Part shown: positions 20,666 to 32,548 of the stretch, one piece after another
Numbering within the stretch: position 1 is the stretch's first letter
Layout: each line of letters opens with the position of its first letter
Virus record (IMG/VR): IMGVR_UViG_3300049198_000021
Coordinates: 112,505-176,504 of that record
Reading direction: 5' to 3' (one strand)
DNA: 64,000 nt
Source of the DNA: a virus
Lineage: Duplodnaviria; Caudoviricetes
Made by a program: the position numbers and the translations under genes
Notes under the pieces: model-generated
Told to the model about the DNA's origin: nothing
The model's input: only the letters and a program-made list of their open reading frames with translations
The model's database searches: none

Positions 20666-21499
20666 ATGAAAGTAGTAAATCATCTTCTCGAAGGCGTCGC
20701 GGTCAAGCGATCGCCCAACATCTCTGGTATGATGACACCGACCGGCGCAATCATGCACTACACCGCCAGTGTGAATGCCGCTGGTGCGATCGCAACCTTG
20801 TGCAATCCATCCGCCAAGGTATCCGCCCATCTGGTGATCGACACCGACGGGACGATCACCCAGCTTGTTCCCTTCAACCGGGTTGCATGGCACGCCGGTC
20901 CATCGAAACTTGGCGGAAGGACGGGGTGTAACAACTTCACCATCGGTTTCGAGTTCGTCAATCCGGGCTTCTTCCGGATCGGTAAGGACGGGACGATCAT
21001 GGATTGGACCGGAAAGACCGCTGTGCCCAAGGCAACGCTGGAACGGTTTGATCTCAGCCTGCGAGCGCCCAACCGCAAGATCGGCGGCGGGACTTTCATC
21101 TGGCCGGGCTACAGCAAGGCCCAGATCAACGCCGGACTGGCAGCACTCCGCGCCATCAAGGAAGCCTACGGGATCACTCTGATCGCCGGCCACGAAGACA
21201 TCGACACGCGTGGTTGGAAGACTGATCCGGGCCCGGCCTTCCCCATGGGTGAGTTCAAGGCCGTCGTTCATGGCGGTGAGGATCGATCGGATGGCATGAA
21301 GCCTGTCAAGAGCCGCTTCCTCGTCAACACGCCGAAGCTCAACGTCCGAGCAGCCCCCAACGGCTCCGGCGCAATCCTGACCACTCTGTCAGGTGGCTCA
21401 GAGGTGGTTGTCATTGAAGACCTCGGCGCATGGAGCCATGTCGAATATGCACCGGGCAAGCGTGGTTATCTCGCCGACCAATTCCTCAAGAAAGGATAA
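20666..21499 (+). CDS. Endolysin: N-acetylmuramoyl-L-alanine amidase (Amidase_2) with C-terminal SH3
   Basis: IMHYTA, VSAHLVI, VAWHAG, GHEDI..KTDPGPAFP motifs; C-terminal LNVRAAP..W..V..GY SH3b; GAGG RBS before 20666. Confidence 0.9.
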   Translation: MKVVNHLLEGVAVKRSPNISGMMTPTGAIMHYTASVNAAGAIATLCNPSAKVSAHLVIDTDGTITQLVPFNRVAWHAGPSKLGGRTGCNNFTIGFEFVNPGFFRIGKDGTIMDWTGKTAVPKATLERFDLSLRAPNRKIGGGTFIWPGYSKAQINAGLAALRAIKEAYGITLIAGHEDIDTRGWKTDPGPAFPMGEFKAVVHGGEDRSDGMKPVKSRFLVNTPKLNVRAAPNGSGAILTTLSGGSEVVVIEDLGAWSHVEYAPGKRGYLADQFLKKG

Positions 21500-21502
21500 G
21501 AC

Positions 21503-21937
21503 ATGGTTCTTCCCGCATTACCCGCAATGGTTGGTATCAAGGCTTTTCTCGGAAGCAAGAAGTTCCTGATCCCAGTAGCCATCATCACCTTGCTTCTGGC
21601 GATTGGCGGCGGCACCTACTTCTACCTCAACCACCAGCAGAAGGAAGCCGTCACAGCAGCGGTGGAAGCGGCTGACAGCAACGCCACCATCCAGACCTAC
21701 GAGACCAAGGAAATCATCAACACCCGGACCATCGAAGTCGATCGCCGCTTCGAAGAACTCCAGCGTCAAACCATCGAGGATTACAACAATGTCCGCAACC
21801 AAATCAACAACGCTCCGCCGGCCGATCTTGCGTCGCCCGCTCCTCCTCTGCTCATTGATACTCTCAATGAGCTTGACCGCTTGCGCCAGCAGAGACGCAC
21901 GGGTGGAGTTCCTGACGCCGACGTTCCGGTCGGATGA
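21503..21937 (+). CDS. Inner-membrane spanin (Rz-like)
   Basis: Single N-terminal TM segment followed by coiled coil; follows endolysin; overlapped by a lipoprotein ORF. Confidence 0.75.
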   Translation: MVLPALPAMVGIKAFLGSKKFLIPVAIITLLLAIGGGTYFYLNHQQKEAVTAAVEAADSNATIQTYETKEIINTRTIEVDRRFEELQRQTIEDYNNVRNQINNAPPADLASPAPPLLIDTLNELDRLRQQRRTGGVPDADVPVG

Positions 21938-22133
21938 ACTGGTTTGCATGGATGCGCCTGCCGGGCAGCTTCCATCAGACACAGCGCTGGCGATCGCTAT
22001 CGAGCGGGTTGTCGGGATCGATGAAGCTGGTGAAGACTGCCGCCAGCGGCTCGATCGGGTGAAGACCAAGATCGAAATCTTCAACGAGGTGGTGGCGGCA
22101 ATCAACGCCGGTAAGGAACCGAAAAAGGATTGA
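21789..22133 (+). CDS. Outer-membrane lipoprotein spanin (Rz1-like)
   Basis: ATG at 21789 in an alternative frame; basic N-terminus, hydrophobic stretch and lipobox LTA-C. Confidence 0.75.
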   Translation: MSATKSTTLRRPILRRPLLLCSLILSMSLTACASRDARVEFLTPTFRSDELVCMDAPAGQLPSDTALAIAIERVVGIDEAGEDCRQRLDRVKTKIEIFNEVVAAINAGKEPKKD

Positions 22134-22158
22134 CAACCACCGCCATTCTGAATATACA
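22130..22158 (+). promoter_or_regulatory. Sigma70-like promoter upstream of thyX
   Basis: TTGACA-accaccgccattctgaa-TATACA. Confidence 0.7.
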
Positions 22159-22248
22159 GTCCGTCTTGCAAGAGCGAAAGGCGGGGGAACGTCACTCACC
22201 TTACGGGGTCACACGTCCCGCCAAGTAGCTCCCGTCCTAGGAACACCA

Positions 22249-23118
22249 ATGACCAAAGCAATTCTCTCGCCTCTGATCAGCGCGACCATTCTCGCCGACT
22301 CCATCTCGCCCGCCGGCGTCCGCTTGACCACCATGGAGTTGGTCTACCCGCGTTTCATTCACTCCGAACTGATGACCCACCGCGTGTTCTCCCGGAACGC
22401 TTCATCGAGCCGCGCTATCCCGACCAAGCGTGCGATCAAGATGATCCGGGAGAACCCGGCTGTCCCCGCCTCGTGGCGCATGAACCAGCCGGGTATGCAA
22501 GGCTACGAAGTGGCTTCCGAAGAAACCACGCTGGCTGCTCAGACGATCTGGCTTGCCGCGATGGAAGACGCGATTCGCCATGCCGAAGCCATGGACGAAC
22601 TTGGCATCCACAAGCAGGTGGTCAACCGCATCACCGAACCCTACGCCCACATCAAGGTCGTCCTCACGAGCGTCTACTGGGAAAACTGGGACGGCCTGCG
22701 CCGCCATGGCGCGGCTGACCCCACCATCTGCGCTCTGGCTGAGGCGATCCACGAGGCACGGACCAACTCGGAGCCCCGCGACCTCCCGATGGGTGAGTGG
22801 CATCTTCCCTACATCACCAAGGAAGAGCTTGCGATCCACGGCATCAATCTGTGCAAGAAGATCAGCACTGCCCGGTGTGCCCGCGTCAGCTACAACAACC
22901 ACGACGGCACCAAGACGACTCCGGAAGCCGACCTCAAGCTCCACGATATGCTGCTGGTCGATCAGCCAATCCATGCCAGCCCGGCCGAGCATCAGGCGAC
23001 CCCGGACCAGCGCCGGTTCACTGGCTGGGAAAAGCCCGCACTACACGGTAATCTCCCCGGTTGGATTCAATATCGAAAAACCCTGACCGGTGAAAACATG
23101 GACGCCAGTCTGGGTTAA
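22249..23118 (+). CDS. thyX: Flavin-dependent thymidylate synthase
   Basis: ELMTHRVFSRNASSSRAIP (ThyX motif variant), HKQVVNR, ARVSY, HASPAEH. Confidence 0.8.
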   Translation: MTKAILSPLISATILADSISPAGVRLTTMELVYPRFIHSELMTHRVFSRNASSSRAIPTKRAIKMIRENPAVPASWRMNQPGMQGYEVASEETTLAAQTIWLAAMEDAIRHAEAMDELGIHKQVVNRITEPYAHIKVVLTSVYWENWDGLRRHGAADPTICALAEAIHEARTNSEPRDLPMGEWHLPYITKEELAIHGINLCKKISTARCARVSYNNHDGTKTTPEADLKLHDMLLVDQPIHASPAEHQATPDQRRFTGWEKPALHGNLPGWIQYRKTLTGENMDASLG

Positions 23119-23190
23119 CCAGCGCGATTCTGGATTGACAGTAAGGCCCGTTCCCGTCATAGGGTGCGGGCCTTTCTAATTGGAGACTGA

Positions 23191-25316
<2,126 letters not shown>

Positions 25317-25317
<1 letters not shown>

Positions 25318-25676
25318 TGAGCAGAGCGATGAATTTTCGAGATGAAAGCTCGATTGGCGGGCGCATAACAATAGCGCGCCAGCGGTTGAATTTAACTCAG
25401 AAGGATGTTGCAGACAAACTCGGTGTCAGCCGCCCCGCCGTAGCAACTTGGGAAAACAACTACGTAGAACCCAAGAGAAAAATTGTGATTACCTTGGCAG
25501 AATTGCTGGATGTAAGCCCCTCATACTTGGTAGACGGGGACGGTGATCGCGGCGGTAATGTAACCCGCCCGTCGTTTGATCAAGCAGTAGCGACGATCAC
25601 AGGAAGAAAGTGGTCGGCTACCGAGGCGGCCGCCCTGAAAGCCCTTATCGACGTATCAACTCAGGTGGTGGCATGA
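25317..25676 (+). CDS. XRE-family HTH regulator
   Basis: RQRLNLTQKDVADKLGVSRPAVATWEN. Confidence 0.85.
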
Positions 25677-25827
25677 GATTTGGCGACATCGTGACGATCC
25701 CCAAGCACTCCGATCCCGAAGAACGCTTCGTGGTTCTCAACAGCTTCAACGGGGTGGTGCTGGTATCTTCTGAACGGAACACCTCGTTCTTCACTCGTGA
25801 GGACAACTGCATTCTGGAGGAAGTGGA

Positions 25828-26034
25828 ATGACCACTCTCGGTGACCGCATAGGAAACACGCGTGTATCTTTGGGTTTGACACAACACGCATTAGCGCAAA
25901 AAGTAGGCGTATTGCGGAGTAATGTATGTTCTTGGGAAAAGAATAGCTACGTCCCCAAAGAAGATATTTTAGTCGCCTTGGCTGAGGCTCTGGGCGTGAG
26001 TTTGTTATATCTGAAAAGCGGAGAAAAATCTTGA
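25828..26034 (+). CDS. XRE-family HTH regulator (Cro-like)
   Basis: LGLTQHALAQKVGVLRSNVCSWEK; paralog-like to 25317. Confidence 0.8.
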   Translation: MTTLGDRIGNTRVSLGLTQHALAQKVGVLRSNVCSWEKNSYVPKEDILVALAEALGVSLLYLKSGEKS

Positions 26035-26252
26035 CCTTCATTATCGGCTCCAAAGAAATCATGCCAACCTTCGTTGTGCGTGAGCCTGAGAAAGGCCCTC
26101 CGCTGTTTGTAGGCGATGTGTTCGACCACTCGACCTATACAGCGGTCGTGGTGGAGCAAATCGACATCGACTATCGGACGATGCCCGTTGAGCGCGTCGT
26201 TACCTATCGGGCCTGCACCCGGCAGGAACTCGAAGAGAACGGATACATCTGA
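26031..26252 (+). CDS. Hypothetical protein
   Basis: Overlapping start/stop with neighbours; GGAG RBS. Confidence 0.55.
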   Translation: MTFIIGSKEIMPTFVVREPEKGPPLFVGDVFDHSTYTAVVVEQIDIDYRTMPVERVVTYRACTRQELEENGYI

Positions 26253-26464
26253 TGGCACTCCCGCGCTGCTCCGCCGTCGTCAAGCGTAACCAAGCTGGTT
26301 ACGTCATGACCGTCCTTGCCATCTTCCCGACCTCAGAAGAGGCGTGGGAGTGGGCTGAGAATGCCAATGAGTGGTATGGTGCAGATCACCCGCTCACGCC
26401 GCTGACGGTGACCGATGACATCCTGTCAAGCCCGCCTAAGTTCCCTGTGGAAGCCATGCGGTGA
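26252..26464 (+). CDS. Hypothetical protein
   Basis: TGATG overlap; phage-like codon usage. Confidence 0.55.
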   Translation: MALPRCSAVVKRNQAGYVMTVLAIFPTSEEAWEWAENANEWYGADHPLTPLTVTDDILSSPPKFPVEAMR

Positions 26465-27126
26465 AGCCTGTCGGCTCTCCTCCCAAGGACCTCGGCCTGA
26501 TCGATCTCTCGCCTAGCGAGATGATGTTCTGGATGTATCTGCCTATTTCGGTGCCGGGGGATCACAGCTTCCACCTACCAGATAATCTCCGGCACTTCAT
26601 CCCGATCATCCGGGGAGCGCGCTGGGATGACCCTGAGCGGTTCTTGGACAACTACGTCTACCTGACCGCCAAGACGCTCTGGGTGGAGGGTGGTTATATT
26701 GGCAACCGGCCGGGCTGGCACATCGATGGCTACGGCACGGACGATCTGAACTACATCTGGCCTGACCGGGCTCCGACGGTGTTTCTCATCCAGCAGAACC
26801 GGTGGATGCTGTCCGAGGACTGCGACGAATCCCTCAAGCAGATGGCGAAGATCGGCCGGTATGCCGAAGCCTTTGACCACGCTGGGCTGCGCACCTATCC
26901 GGACAAGCACCTCCTGCGGCTGGACAACACTGTCCTTCACCGCTCGCCGACGGGCTTCGAATCCGGAATGCGGACCTTCGTGAAGGTCTCTCTCAGCAGC
27001 GATCGCTACAACCTCAAAGGCAATTCGGTGAACCACCTGCTGCCTGAGACACACTGGCCTCTCGTCGATCGACAAGAGGTCCGTAACCACCCGGCGTTCA
27101 AGAACTCCGACTTCATCAAGGATTGA
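26461..27126 (+). CDS. Putative 2OG-Fe(II) dioxygenase-like protein
   Basis: RPGWHIDG (HxD), distal VLHRSP His and RTFVK Arg pattern. Confidence 0.55.
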   Translation: MKPVGSPPKDLGLIDLSPSEMMFWMYLPISVPGDHSFHLPDNLRHFIPIIRGARWDDPERFLDNYVYLTAKTLWVEGGYIGNRPGWHIDGYGTDDLNYIWPDRAPTVFLIQQNRWMLSEDCDESLKQMAKIGRYAEAFDHAGLRTYPDKHLLRLDNTVLHRSPTGFESGMRTFVKVSLSSDRYNLKGNSVNHLLPETHWPLVDRQEVRNHPAFKNSDFIKD

Positions 27127-27749
27127 CGATGGGCTATATTATCCAGCAGGCCAACGAGGCGTTCCAGCGGAATCACTATGCGTCCGACGCGATCTTCTTC
27201 TTCGACTTCGATGGCGTCCTTGCCACGCAGTGTGAGGAGAAGATTTTCCGTATGGATGAGCGTCCCATGGAGCGCCGCCGGCTGGAAGAGAAGGCCCCGT
27301 TTGCAGCTATCGATGCTGCTCTATATCCCAGCACCAATTACCTACGCCACATGGTCTTCCAAGGCTATGCGTGGGGAAGCACCCCTGACTGCCACTGGGA
27401 AGCCACTGAGTTCGCTCGCTCGCTCTCTGACAGCGGTGACCCCTATTTCATCGTGACAGCACGGAGCGGCCTCTGGGCGGTCCGACGGATGCTGGATTTT
27501 ACCGAGCAACACCTGATCTACCCACAAGAGGTCTTCTGCCTCGGCCGGGCATCCAAGGCGCTGCTGCTGGCTGAGCTTCGGAAGGACTGGCCTGATCGCC
27601 AGTTCGTGTTCTTCGAGGACTCCGATCACCACATCGAAGCCTGCCGGGCTCTGGCCGATCCGCTGCTGGAGATCGTGAAGATCGAGTGGCCGACCTGCAC
27701 CAAGAATGCTGAGGCTCTTCGTGAGTGCTATCTTGGCCCGGTGATGTAG
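27123..27749 (+). CDS. HAD-superfamily hydrolase
   Basis: FFDFDGVL (motif I), IVTAR (motif II), K, FFEDS (motif IV). Confidence 0.7.
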   Translation: MTMGYIIQQANEAFQRNHYASDAIFFFDFDGVLATQCEEKIFRMDERPMERRRLEEKAPFAAIDAALYPSTNYLRHMVFQGYAWGSTPDCHWEATEFARSLSDSGDPYFIVTARSGLWAVRRMLDFTEQHLIYPQEVFCLGRASKALLLAELRKDWPDRQFVFFEDSDHHIEACRALADPLLEIVKIEWPTCTKNAEALRECYLGPVM

Positions 27750-27988
27750 TGGAGACGCTGGGATACCTGTGTCTTGGATACTTGGTAATAGGAGTGGCCC
27801 TGCTAGTAGCCGGCTACATCCTCACCCCACTTATCGAATACGACGGCGACAACGGAATCCTGTTTCGCCTAGGTGATTTCGCTGAGGATGCCATGGGACA
27901 GCTTACGGCCGGATACCTTCTTGCCCTGCCCATTATCATGGTCATCTGCTGCTACCTGACCGGCCGAGCCTTAGGAGAAATTGCGTGA
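27749..27988 (+). CDS. Small membrane protein
   Basis: Two hydrophobic segments; GTG start overlapping upstream stop. Confidence 0.5.
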   Translation: METLGYLCLGYLVIGVALLVAGYILTPLIEYDGDNGILFRLGDFAEDAMGQLTAGYLLALPIIMVICCYLTGRALGEIA

Positions 27989-28152
27989 AGCGCTATCTGA
28001 TCAACCTCTGGCGTCAGCACAAGGACCCGCTCTATTGCCGGAAGTGTGAGCGCTGGAACATGCGCTTGCCGTGGCGCGATGGGAACTGGGCTTGCGTTCG
28101 CTGTGAGCTTACCAACCCATGCCAATCGATCGATCACTACATGGCGAGATAA
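27985..28152 (+). CDS. Small zinc-ribbon protein (55 aa, not in ORF track)
   Basis: AGGAG RBS, GTG start; MKRYLINLWRQHKDPLYCRKC...CVRC. Confidence 0.5.
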   Translation: MKRYLINLWRQHKDPLYCRKCERWNMRLPWRDGNWACVRCELTNPCQSIDHYMAR

Positions 28153-28154
28153 CG

Positions 28155-28188
28155 AAAAAGGCCGCCGGATCACTCCGGCGGCCTTTCC
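28155..28188. terminator. Terminator-like hairpin between convergent gene blocks
   Basis: AAAGGCCGCCGGA-TCAC-TCCGGCGGCCTTT hairpin at the strand switch. Confidence 0.8.
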
Positions 28189-28207
28189 CATAGCGTGCCA
28201 ACGCTTA

Positions 28208-28963
28208 TTACTGGGGACGAAGCGTCGAGACGACAGCGCCCAAAATGTTGAGGTCCTTCGGGGCGACTTCCTGCTTGTCACCACGCGACCCTTCGACCAC
28301 GACCTTGTTCGACTTGGCGAACGACGGCGCGATCCGGATCACTTCCATCCCGCCATTGGCTTCGATCACGTAGGTATCGAACTCATTCGAGATCGACTGG
28401 ACGCTGGTGTCCACGAAAAGGCGAGTGTCCTGACGCAGGCCGAAGGCGTCGGCATTGTGACCGAGGACATATACCTTGAGCGAGCGAACGCTTTCCACGT
28501 AGCTTTCCGCCAGCGAGCGCGGCATCGCAAAGGTGCCGCTGGTGTAGTGACCATCCCGGCCGAAAGTGATCTCGTCCACGTTGACCGTGGATTCGGCCGC
28601 GTTCATATCGCCGACGGACTTGACACCATGCTCACCAAAGGCGAGGAACGAAGGCGAAACCTTGAGGACCTTCGCCAATGCTTCGATGATGGGGATCGGC
28701 GGCATGATCTTGTTGCGCTCGTAAGCGACGATGGTGCCACGGCACTTGTCGGCCGCTTCCGCAAGCTGTTCTTGCGTCACTTCCTCGCGGAGCCGGGCAT
28801 ATGCCAGCCGCCCGCCGAGCGAATTGAGATCGAGACCGTTGTCTGACCCGGCGAGGTCAGAACGACGTGCAATAGCCGGAACGGCCTGCATCTGAATTTT
28901 TGCCTTGGATTTCCCAGCGACACGGCCGCCGGGAGGCTTCGTAAGGGTTGCTTGAGCAGCCAT
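28208..28963 (-). CDS. XRE-family repressor-like protein with C-terminal S24-like domain
   Basis: GGAGGA RBS; RLREEVTQEQLAEAADKCRGTIVAYERNK HTH; C-terminal beta domain ending ILGAVV. Confidence 0.75.
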   Translation of the reverse strand: MAAQATLTKPPGGRVAGKSKAKIQMQAVPAIARRSDLAGSDNGLDLNSLGGRLAYARLREEVTQEQLAEAADKCRGTIVAYERNKIMPPIPIIEALAKVLKVSPSFLAFGEHGVKSVGDMNAAESTVNVDEITFGRDGHYTSGTFAMPRSLAESYVESVRSLKVYVLGHNADAFGLRQDTRLFVDTSVQSISNEFDTYVIEANGGMEVIRIAPSFAKSNKVVVEGSRGDKQEVAPKDLNILGAVVSTLRPQ

Positions 28964-28987
28964 GTCTAATTCCTCCAGTTGTTTCGG

Positions 28988-29025
28988 TGATTCGGTTATT
29001 AGTCGAAACAGCGATTCGGTGTCAA
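28988..29025 (-). promoter_or_regulatory. Promoter of repressor gene with two CGAATC(A/G) motifs
   Basis: Minus strand reads TTGACA-ccgaatcg...-TAATAA-ccgaatca. Confidence 0.6.
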
Positions 29026-29097
29026 GCGAAAATGCAGTCAAGATCATTCTTAATGATCTCAACTGCATTTTTCAAACACCCAACAGGAGAAATTGGA

Positions 29098-29361
29098 TCA
29101 GGATTCCAACACACTCCAGTCTTTGGATACATCGCTGTATCCACCAAGCCGCTGTCCAACAGGATCAGCAAGGCTGGCGTCATCCGGCATTAGAAAGACC
29201 TGAGGCACCGTATTTGTTCCGGTCTTCTGATAAAAATCCTGCCGGAGAGTGTCGTCGGTCAGATCGACTTCGGTGTAGTTATGACCCCGCTTCACAAGTT
29301 CCATCTTGAGGAGCGAGCAAAACGGGCAACCGAGCTTGGAGTAGACTACGATCTGCATCAC
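29098..29361 (-). CDS. Glutaredoxin
   Basis: CPFC, TVPQVF and LGGY motifs; adjacent to RNR genes. Confidence 0.92.
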   Translation of the reverse strand: MMQIVVYSKLGCPFCSLLKMELVKRGHNYTEVDLTDDTLRQDFYQKTGTNTVPQVFLMPDDASLADPVGQRLGGYSDVSKDWSVLES

Positions 29362-30368
29362 ACGTTATCCTCAAACTTGGAAACGAACTTCCACGGATCG
29401 TTGTCCCACCCGATCACACCACCCTTGGCATACTCGGTCGAGCGGCCCTCGAAGAAGTTGGTGTGGGTGTGAGCAGCCATCATCTCGTCGATCCACTCGA
29501 AGGGATTGTCCTTCTGCCGATAGATCGGCTTGAGGCCCAACTGAATCATGCGGCGGTCTGCCGTATAGCGGATGTAGGTCTTGGTATCAGCGGCTGTGAT
29601 GCCGGCGATCTCACCCATATCGAACATGAGGTCGATGAACCGGTCTTCGAGCTTCACCATTTCCTTGGCGATCTCGCGAATGGCGGCCTTGACATCATCG
29701 TTCCAGAGCTTCGGGTTCTCCTTGATCATGGTGTGGAACAGCTTGACCATGCACTCGACGTGGAGCGATTCGTCACGCAGCGACCACTCGACGATGGTGG
29801 ACATGCCCTTCATCAGGTTACGCCGCTTGAAGCTCAGCAGGACGGCGAAGCTGGAGAAAAGCTGCATACCTTCGCCGAAGGCCGAGAACACCGCCAGATC
29901 GAGCGCCAGACGCTCACGCGGGGTGAACCGGCGACCGTCTACGCCTTCGGTGCGATCGGCGAACATATACTCGTGCTTCTCAGCCATCTCGGCGTATTCT
30001 GCGAAGGCGCTGTAATCCGACTCCGGCATACCCACGGTGTCGATCAACTGGGAATACGAGTGGATGTGGTTGGCTTCCTGCGTCGCGATCGCCGAGAGCA
30101 TCATTCGAATCTCGGTCGGCTTGAACATCGGGATGTAAACATCGAGGTAGCCGTGCGTGATGTCTTCGTCACCCTTGGTGAAGAAGCGGAAAAGCTGGGT
30201 CAGCAGGTTCTTTTCTGATGGGGTCAGCTTCTGGTTCCAGTCGTGGACATCCTCTTGCAAGGGGACTTCGGAAGGAAGCCAGTGCATCTTCTGCAAAAGA
30301 TCGTAAGCCTCGAATGCCCATGGATATTGGAACGGCTTGTAGGCGGTGCTTTTCTTGAATACGGACAT
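29358..30368 (-). CDS. nrdB: Ribonucleotide reductase class Ia beta subunit
   Basis: EANHIHSY, FGEGMQLFSSF, RDESLH diiron ligands, NFFEGRSTEY tail. Confidence 0.95.
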   Translation of the reverse strand: MSVFKKSTAYKPFQYPWAFEAYDLLQKMHWLPSEVPLQEDVHDWNQKLTPSEKNLLTQLFRFFTKGDEDITHGYLDVYIPMFKPTEIRMMLSAIATQEANHIHSYSQLIDTVGMPESDYSAFAEYAEMAEKHEYMFADRTEGVDGRRFTPRERLALDLAVFSAFGEGMQLFSSFAVLLSFKRRNLMKGMSTIVEWSLRDESLHVECMVKLFHTMIKENPKLWNDDVKAAIREIAKEMVKLEDRFIDLMFDMGEIAGITAADTKTYIRYTADRRMIQLGLKPIYRQKDNPFEWIDEMMAAHTHTNFFEGRSTEYAKGGVIGWDNDPWKFVSKFEDNV

Positions 30369-30376
30369 CAGGTCTC

Positions 30377-30565
30377 TCAGCGATAGGTGTGGTAGCGGGC
30401 GATGATCCTGCGGGGCCAGACGGCAGTGTTGCCGCCGACGTGGAAGGAACCATCCGGGTTGATTAGGGTGACCTCATAGTCGCCAGCGGGGATGATGCAG
30501 TCAGGCTCATCCCCGAGCGTCACGATGTCACCGACGACCGGGAGGAAGTCGGGATCGATACCCAT
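30377..30565 (-). CDS. Hypothetical protein between RNR subunits
   Basis: Coupled start/stop with neighbour. Confidence 0.5.
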   Translation of the reverse strand: MGIDPDFLPVVGDIVTLGDEPDCIIPAGDYEVTLINPDGSFHVGGNTAVWPRRIIARYHTYR

Positions 30566-30825
30566 CAGTAGGTCTCTGGCATGACGGTGTGGATCATGTC
30601 AGCCGGGATGAAGAAATCATCACCGGTAGCGATACATCCCACACGAATCGTCTGGAAGCGGGGGTTGTGCTGTCGCACCCGCGCCCATACAGTTCGCTTC
30701 AAGCGAGGCTCCCGCCCCGGCTTGATGTGAACCGGAGCGGGCTGATGTGGGATTTCGAAGCCGACGATACGGCCGATCAGATTATCCTTCACAGGCAAGA
30801 CATCCTTCATCTTCGGGGACGACAA
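30565..30825 (-). CDS. Hypothetical protein between RNR subunits
   Basis: ORF overlapping nrdA 3' end. Confidence 0.5.
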   Translation of the reverse strand: MSSPKMKDVLPVKDNLIGRIVGFEIPHQPAPVHIKPGREPRLKRTVWARVRQHNPRFQTIRVGCIATGDDFFIPADMIHTVMPETY

Positions 30826-32548
30826 GCTCCATCTGTGCCACCTTGGTGTTCATGTTCTCGGCCTTCTTGGGGGCCTTGGAGCGAACGTAATACATCGACT
30901 TCGAACCACCGGCCCAAGCCATGAAGTGCAGTTCGAGAAGGTAATCGGCATCGACGTAAGCCGGGACCGAGATGTTGAGGCTCACGCCCTGATCGACGAA
31001 ACCGGCCCGGTCGTTTGCCATCTGGATGGTCAGGCGCTGATCGGTTTCGAAAGCAGTGGCGAACACAGCCTTCTCTTGGGCGGTCAGGAAGTCCAGTTGC
31101 TGGACGGAGCCTTCGTGGAGAAGGATGTCCTTCCAGACTTCCTTGGTGTTCTTGCCCTTGGTTTCGAGCAGACGCACCAGTGCCGGATTCTTGACGGTGT
31201 GCGAACCGGTGAGCGTCTTGTGGATGAAGATGTTCTCCGGCCACTGCTCGATCGAAGGCGAGATCGGACCCTGCGGAACGAAGATCGACGACGAAGCATT
31301 GGGAGCCACAGCCATACGGTGGGAGAAGCGGTGACCGGTCCCGGCCATGTCTGGCGCTTCGCCGCGCTCAGCACCCAGCTTGAGGGATGCCGCCGTGGTC
31401 TTCTTCGCCAAGTCCTCGAACATCATCACGTTGTAGGCGCGGGCGATCTCACTGCCCCAGACGATCCCGTGATCCTGCAAGTAAGTGTGGAGGCCCATGC
31501 CGCCCAGACCGACAGAGCGTTCCATCTTGGCCGAGTTGACCGCACGCCAGAGTTCCGGGGGAGCCTTCGCGATGAAGTCATCCAGCGTGTTGTCCAGCAT
31601 CCGCATCAAGTCTTCGATGAAGAGCGGGTCATCCTTCCACTCATCGTATGCAGCGAGGTTCGGGCTCGACAAGCAGCAGACCGCCGTGCGATCTTCGGCC
31701 GTCGGCAGCATGATCTCGGTGCAGAGATTGGAGTGATTGATCTTGAGGCCCTTATCCTTCAAGGGCTGCGGCAGGGCGCGGTTTGCTGTGTCCTTGAACA
31801 GGATGAACGGCTCGCCGGTCTGGTGACGCGTCTCGACGATCTTCCGCATCAAGGCACGGGCGTTGACCGTCTTCTTGATCTCGCCGGTCTTCGGGCTGCG
31901 GAAATGCCAGTCGGCATCTGCCATGCAGGCGTGCATGAAGTCGTCTGTAATGTTGATCGCGTGGTGGAGGTTCAGAGCCTTGCGGTTAGCGTCGCCGCCG
32001 GACGGCTTACGCATCTCAAGGAACTCATCGGTTTCCGGATGCGAGATGTCGAGATAGGCAGCATAGCTCCCGCGCCGGGTCTTACCCTGCGAGAAGGCCA
32101 GCATGTAGCGATCGAGGATGCAGACAAACGGAATGCCGCCTGACGATGCAGAACCCTTTGAGGTGTCTTCCGGGCCACGCACAGCAATGTATCCACCGAC
32201 GCCGCCGCCGAGGCTGGAGAGCCACGAGGTCTCTTCGTAGTGGGCGTTGATGCCCTTGCGGCTGTCTGCCATGTAGTTGAGGTAGCAGGAGATCGGCAGA
32301 CCGCGCTCTGTGCCGCCATTGGACAGAAGCGGGGTCGCGAACATGAACCAGCCCTTGGAGGCATAGTCGTAGAGTCGCTGTGCGTGAGCGGCGTCATCGG
32401 CGAAGGCAGCCGAGGCACGGGCAAAAGCATGTTGAGGGCTGGTCTCCCCTTCAACCATGTAGCGATCTTGGAGGGTTTCGATAGCGTGCGGGGCGAGCAG
32501 AGCGTCGCGCCCGAGGTCGATGATGACCTCGTTCGGGGAGACTGGCAT
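30782..32548 (-). CDS. nrdA: Ribonucleotide reductase class Ia alpha subunit (no ATP cone)
   Basis: ATPLLSN, PISCY, SNLCTEI, APNASS, SMYYVRS and C-terminal CLACEG. Confidence 0.95.
   Translation of the reverse strand: MPVSPNEVIIDLGRDALLAPHAIETLQDRYMVEGETSPQHAFARASAAFADDAAHAQRLYDYASKGWFMFATPLLSNGGTERGLPISCYLNYMADSRKGINAHYEETSWLSSLGGGVGGYIAVRGPEDTSKGSASSGGIPFVCILDRYMLAFSQGKTRRGSYAAYLDISHPETDEFLEMRKPSGGDANRKALNLHHAINITDDFMHACMADADWHFRSPKTGEIKKTVNARALMRKIVETRHQTGEPFILFKDTANRALPQPLKDKGLKINHSNLCTEIMLPTAEDRTAVCCLSSPNLAAYDEWKDDPLFIEDLMRMLDNTLDDFIAKAPPELWRAVNSAKMERSVGLGGMGLHTYLQDHGIVWGSEIARAYNVMMFEDLAKKTTAASLKLGAERGEAPDMAGTGHRFSHRMAVAPNASSSIFVPQGPISPSIEQWPENIFIHKTLTGSHTVKNPALVRLLETKGKNTKEVWKDILLHEGSVQQLDFLTAQEKAVFATAFETDQRLTIQMANDRAGFVDQGVSLNISVPAYVDADYLLELHFMAWAGGSKSMYYVRSKAPKKAENMNTKVAQMELVVPEDEGCLACEG

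Noticed and set aside
20658-22133. Holin gene in the lysis cassette
   Set aside because: No separate small multi-TM ORF lies beside the endolysin and spanins; it may be elsewhere in the genome.
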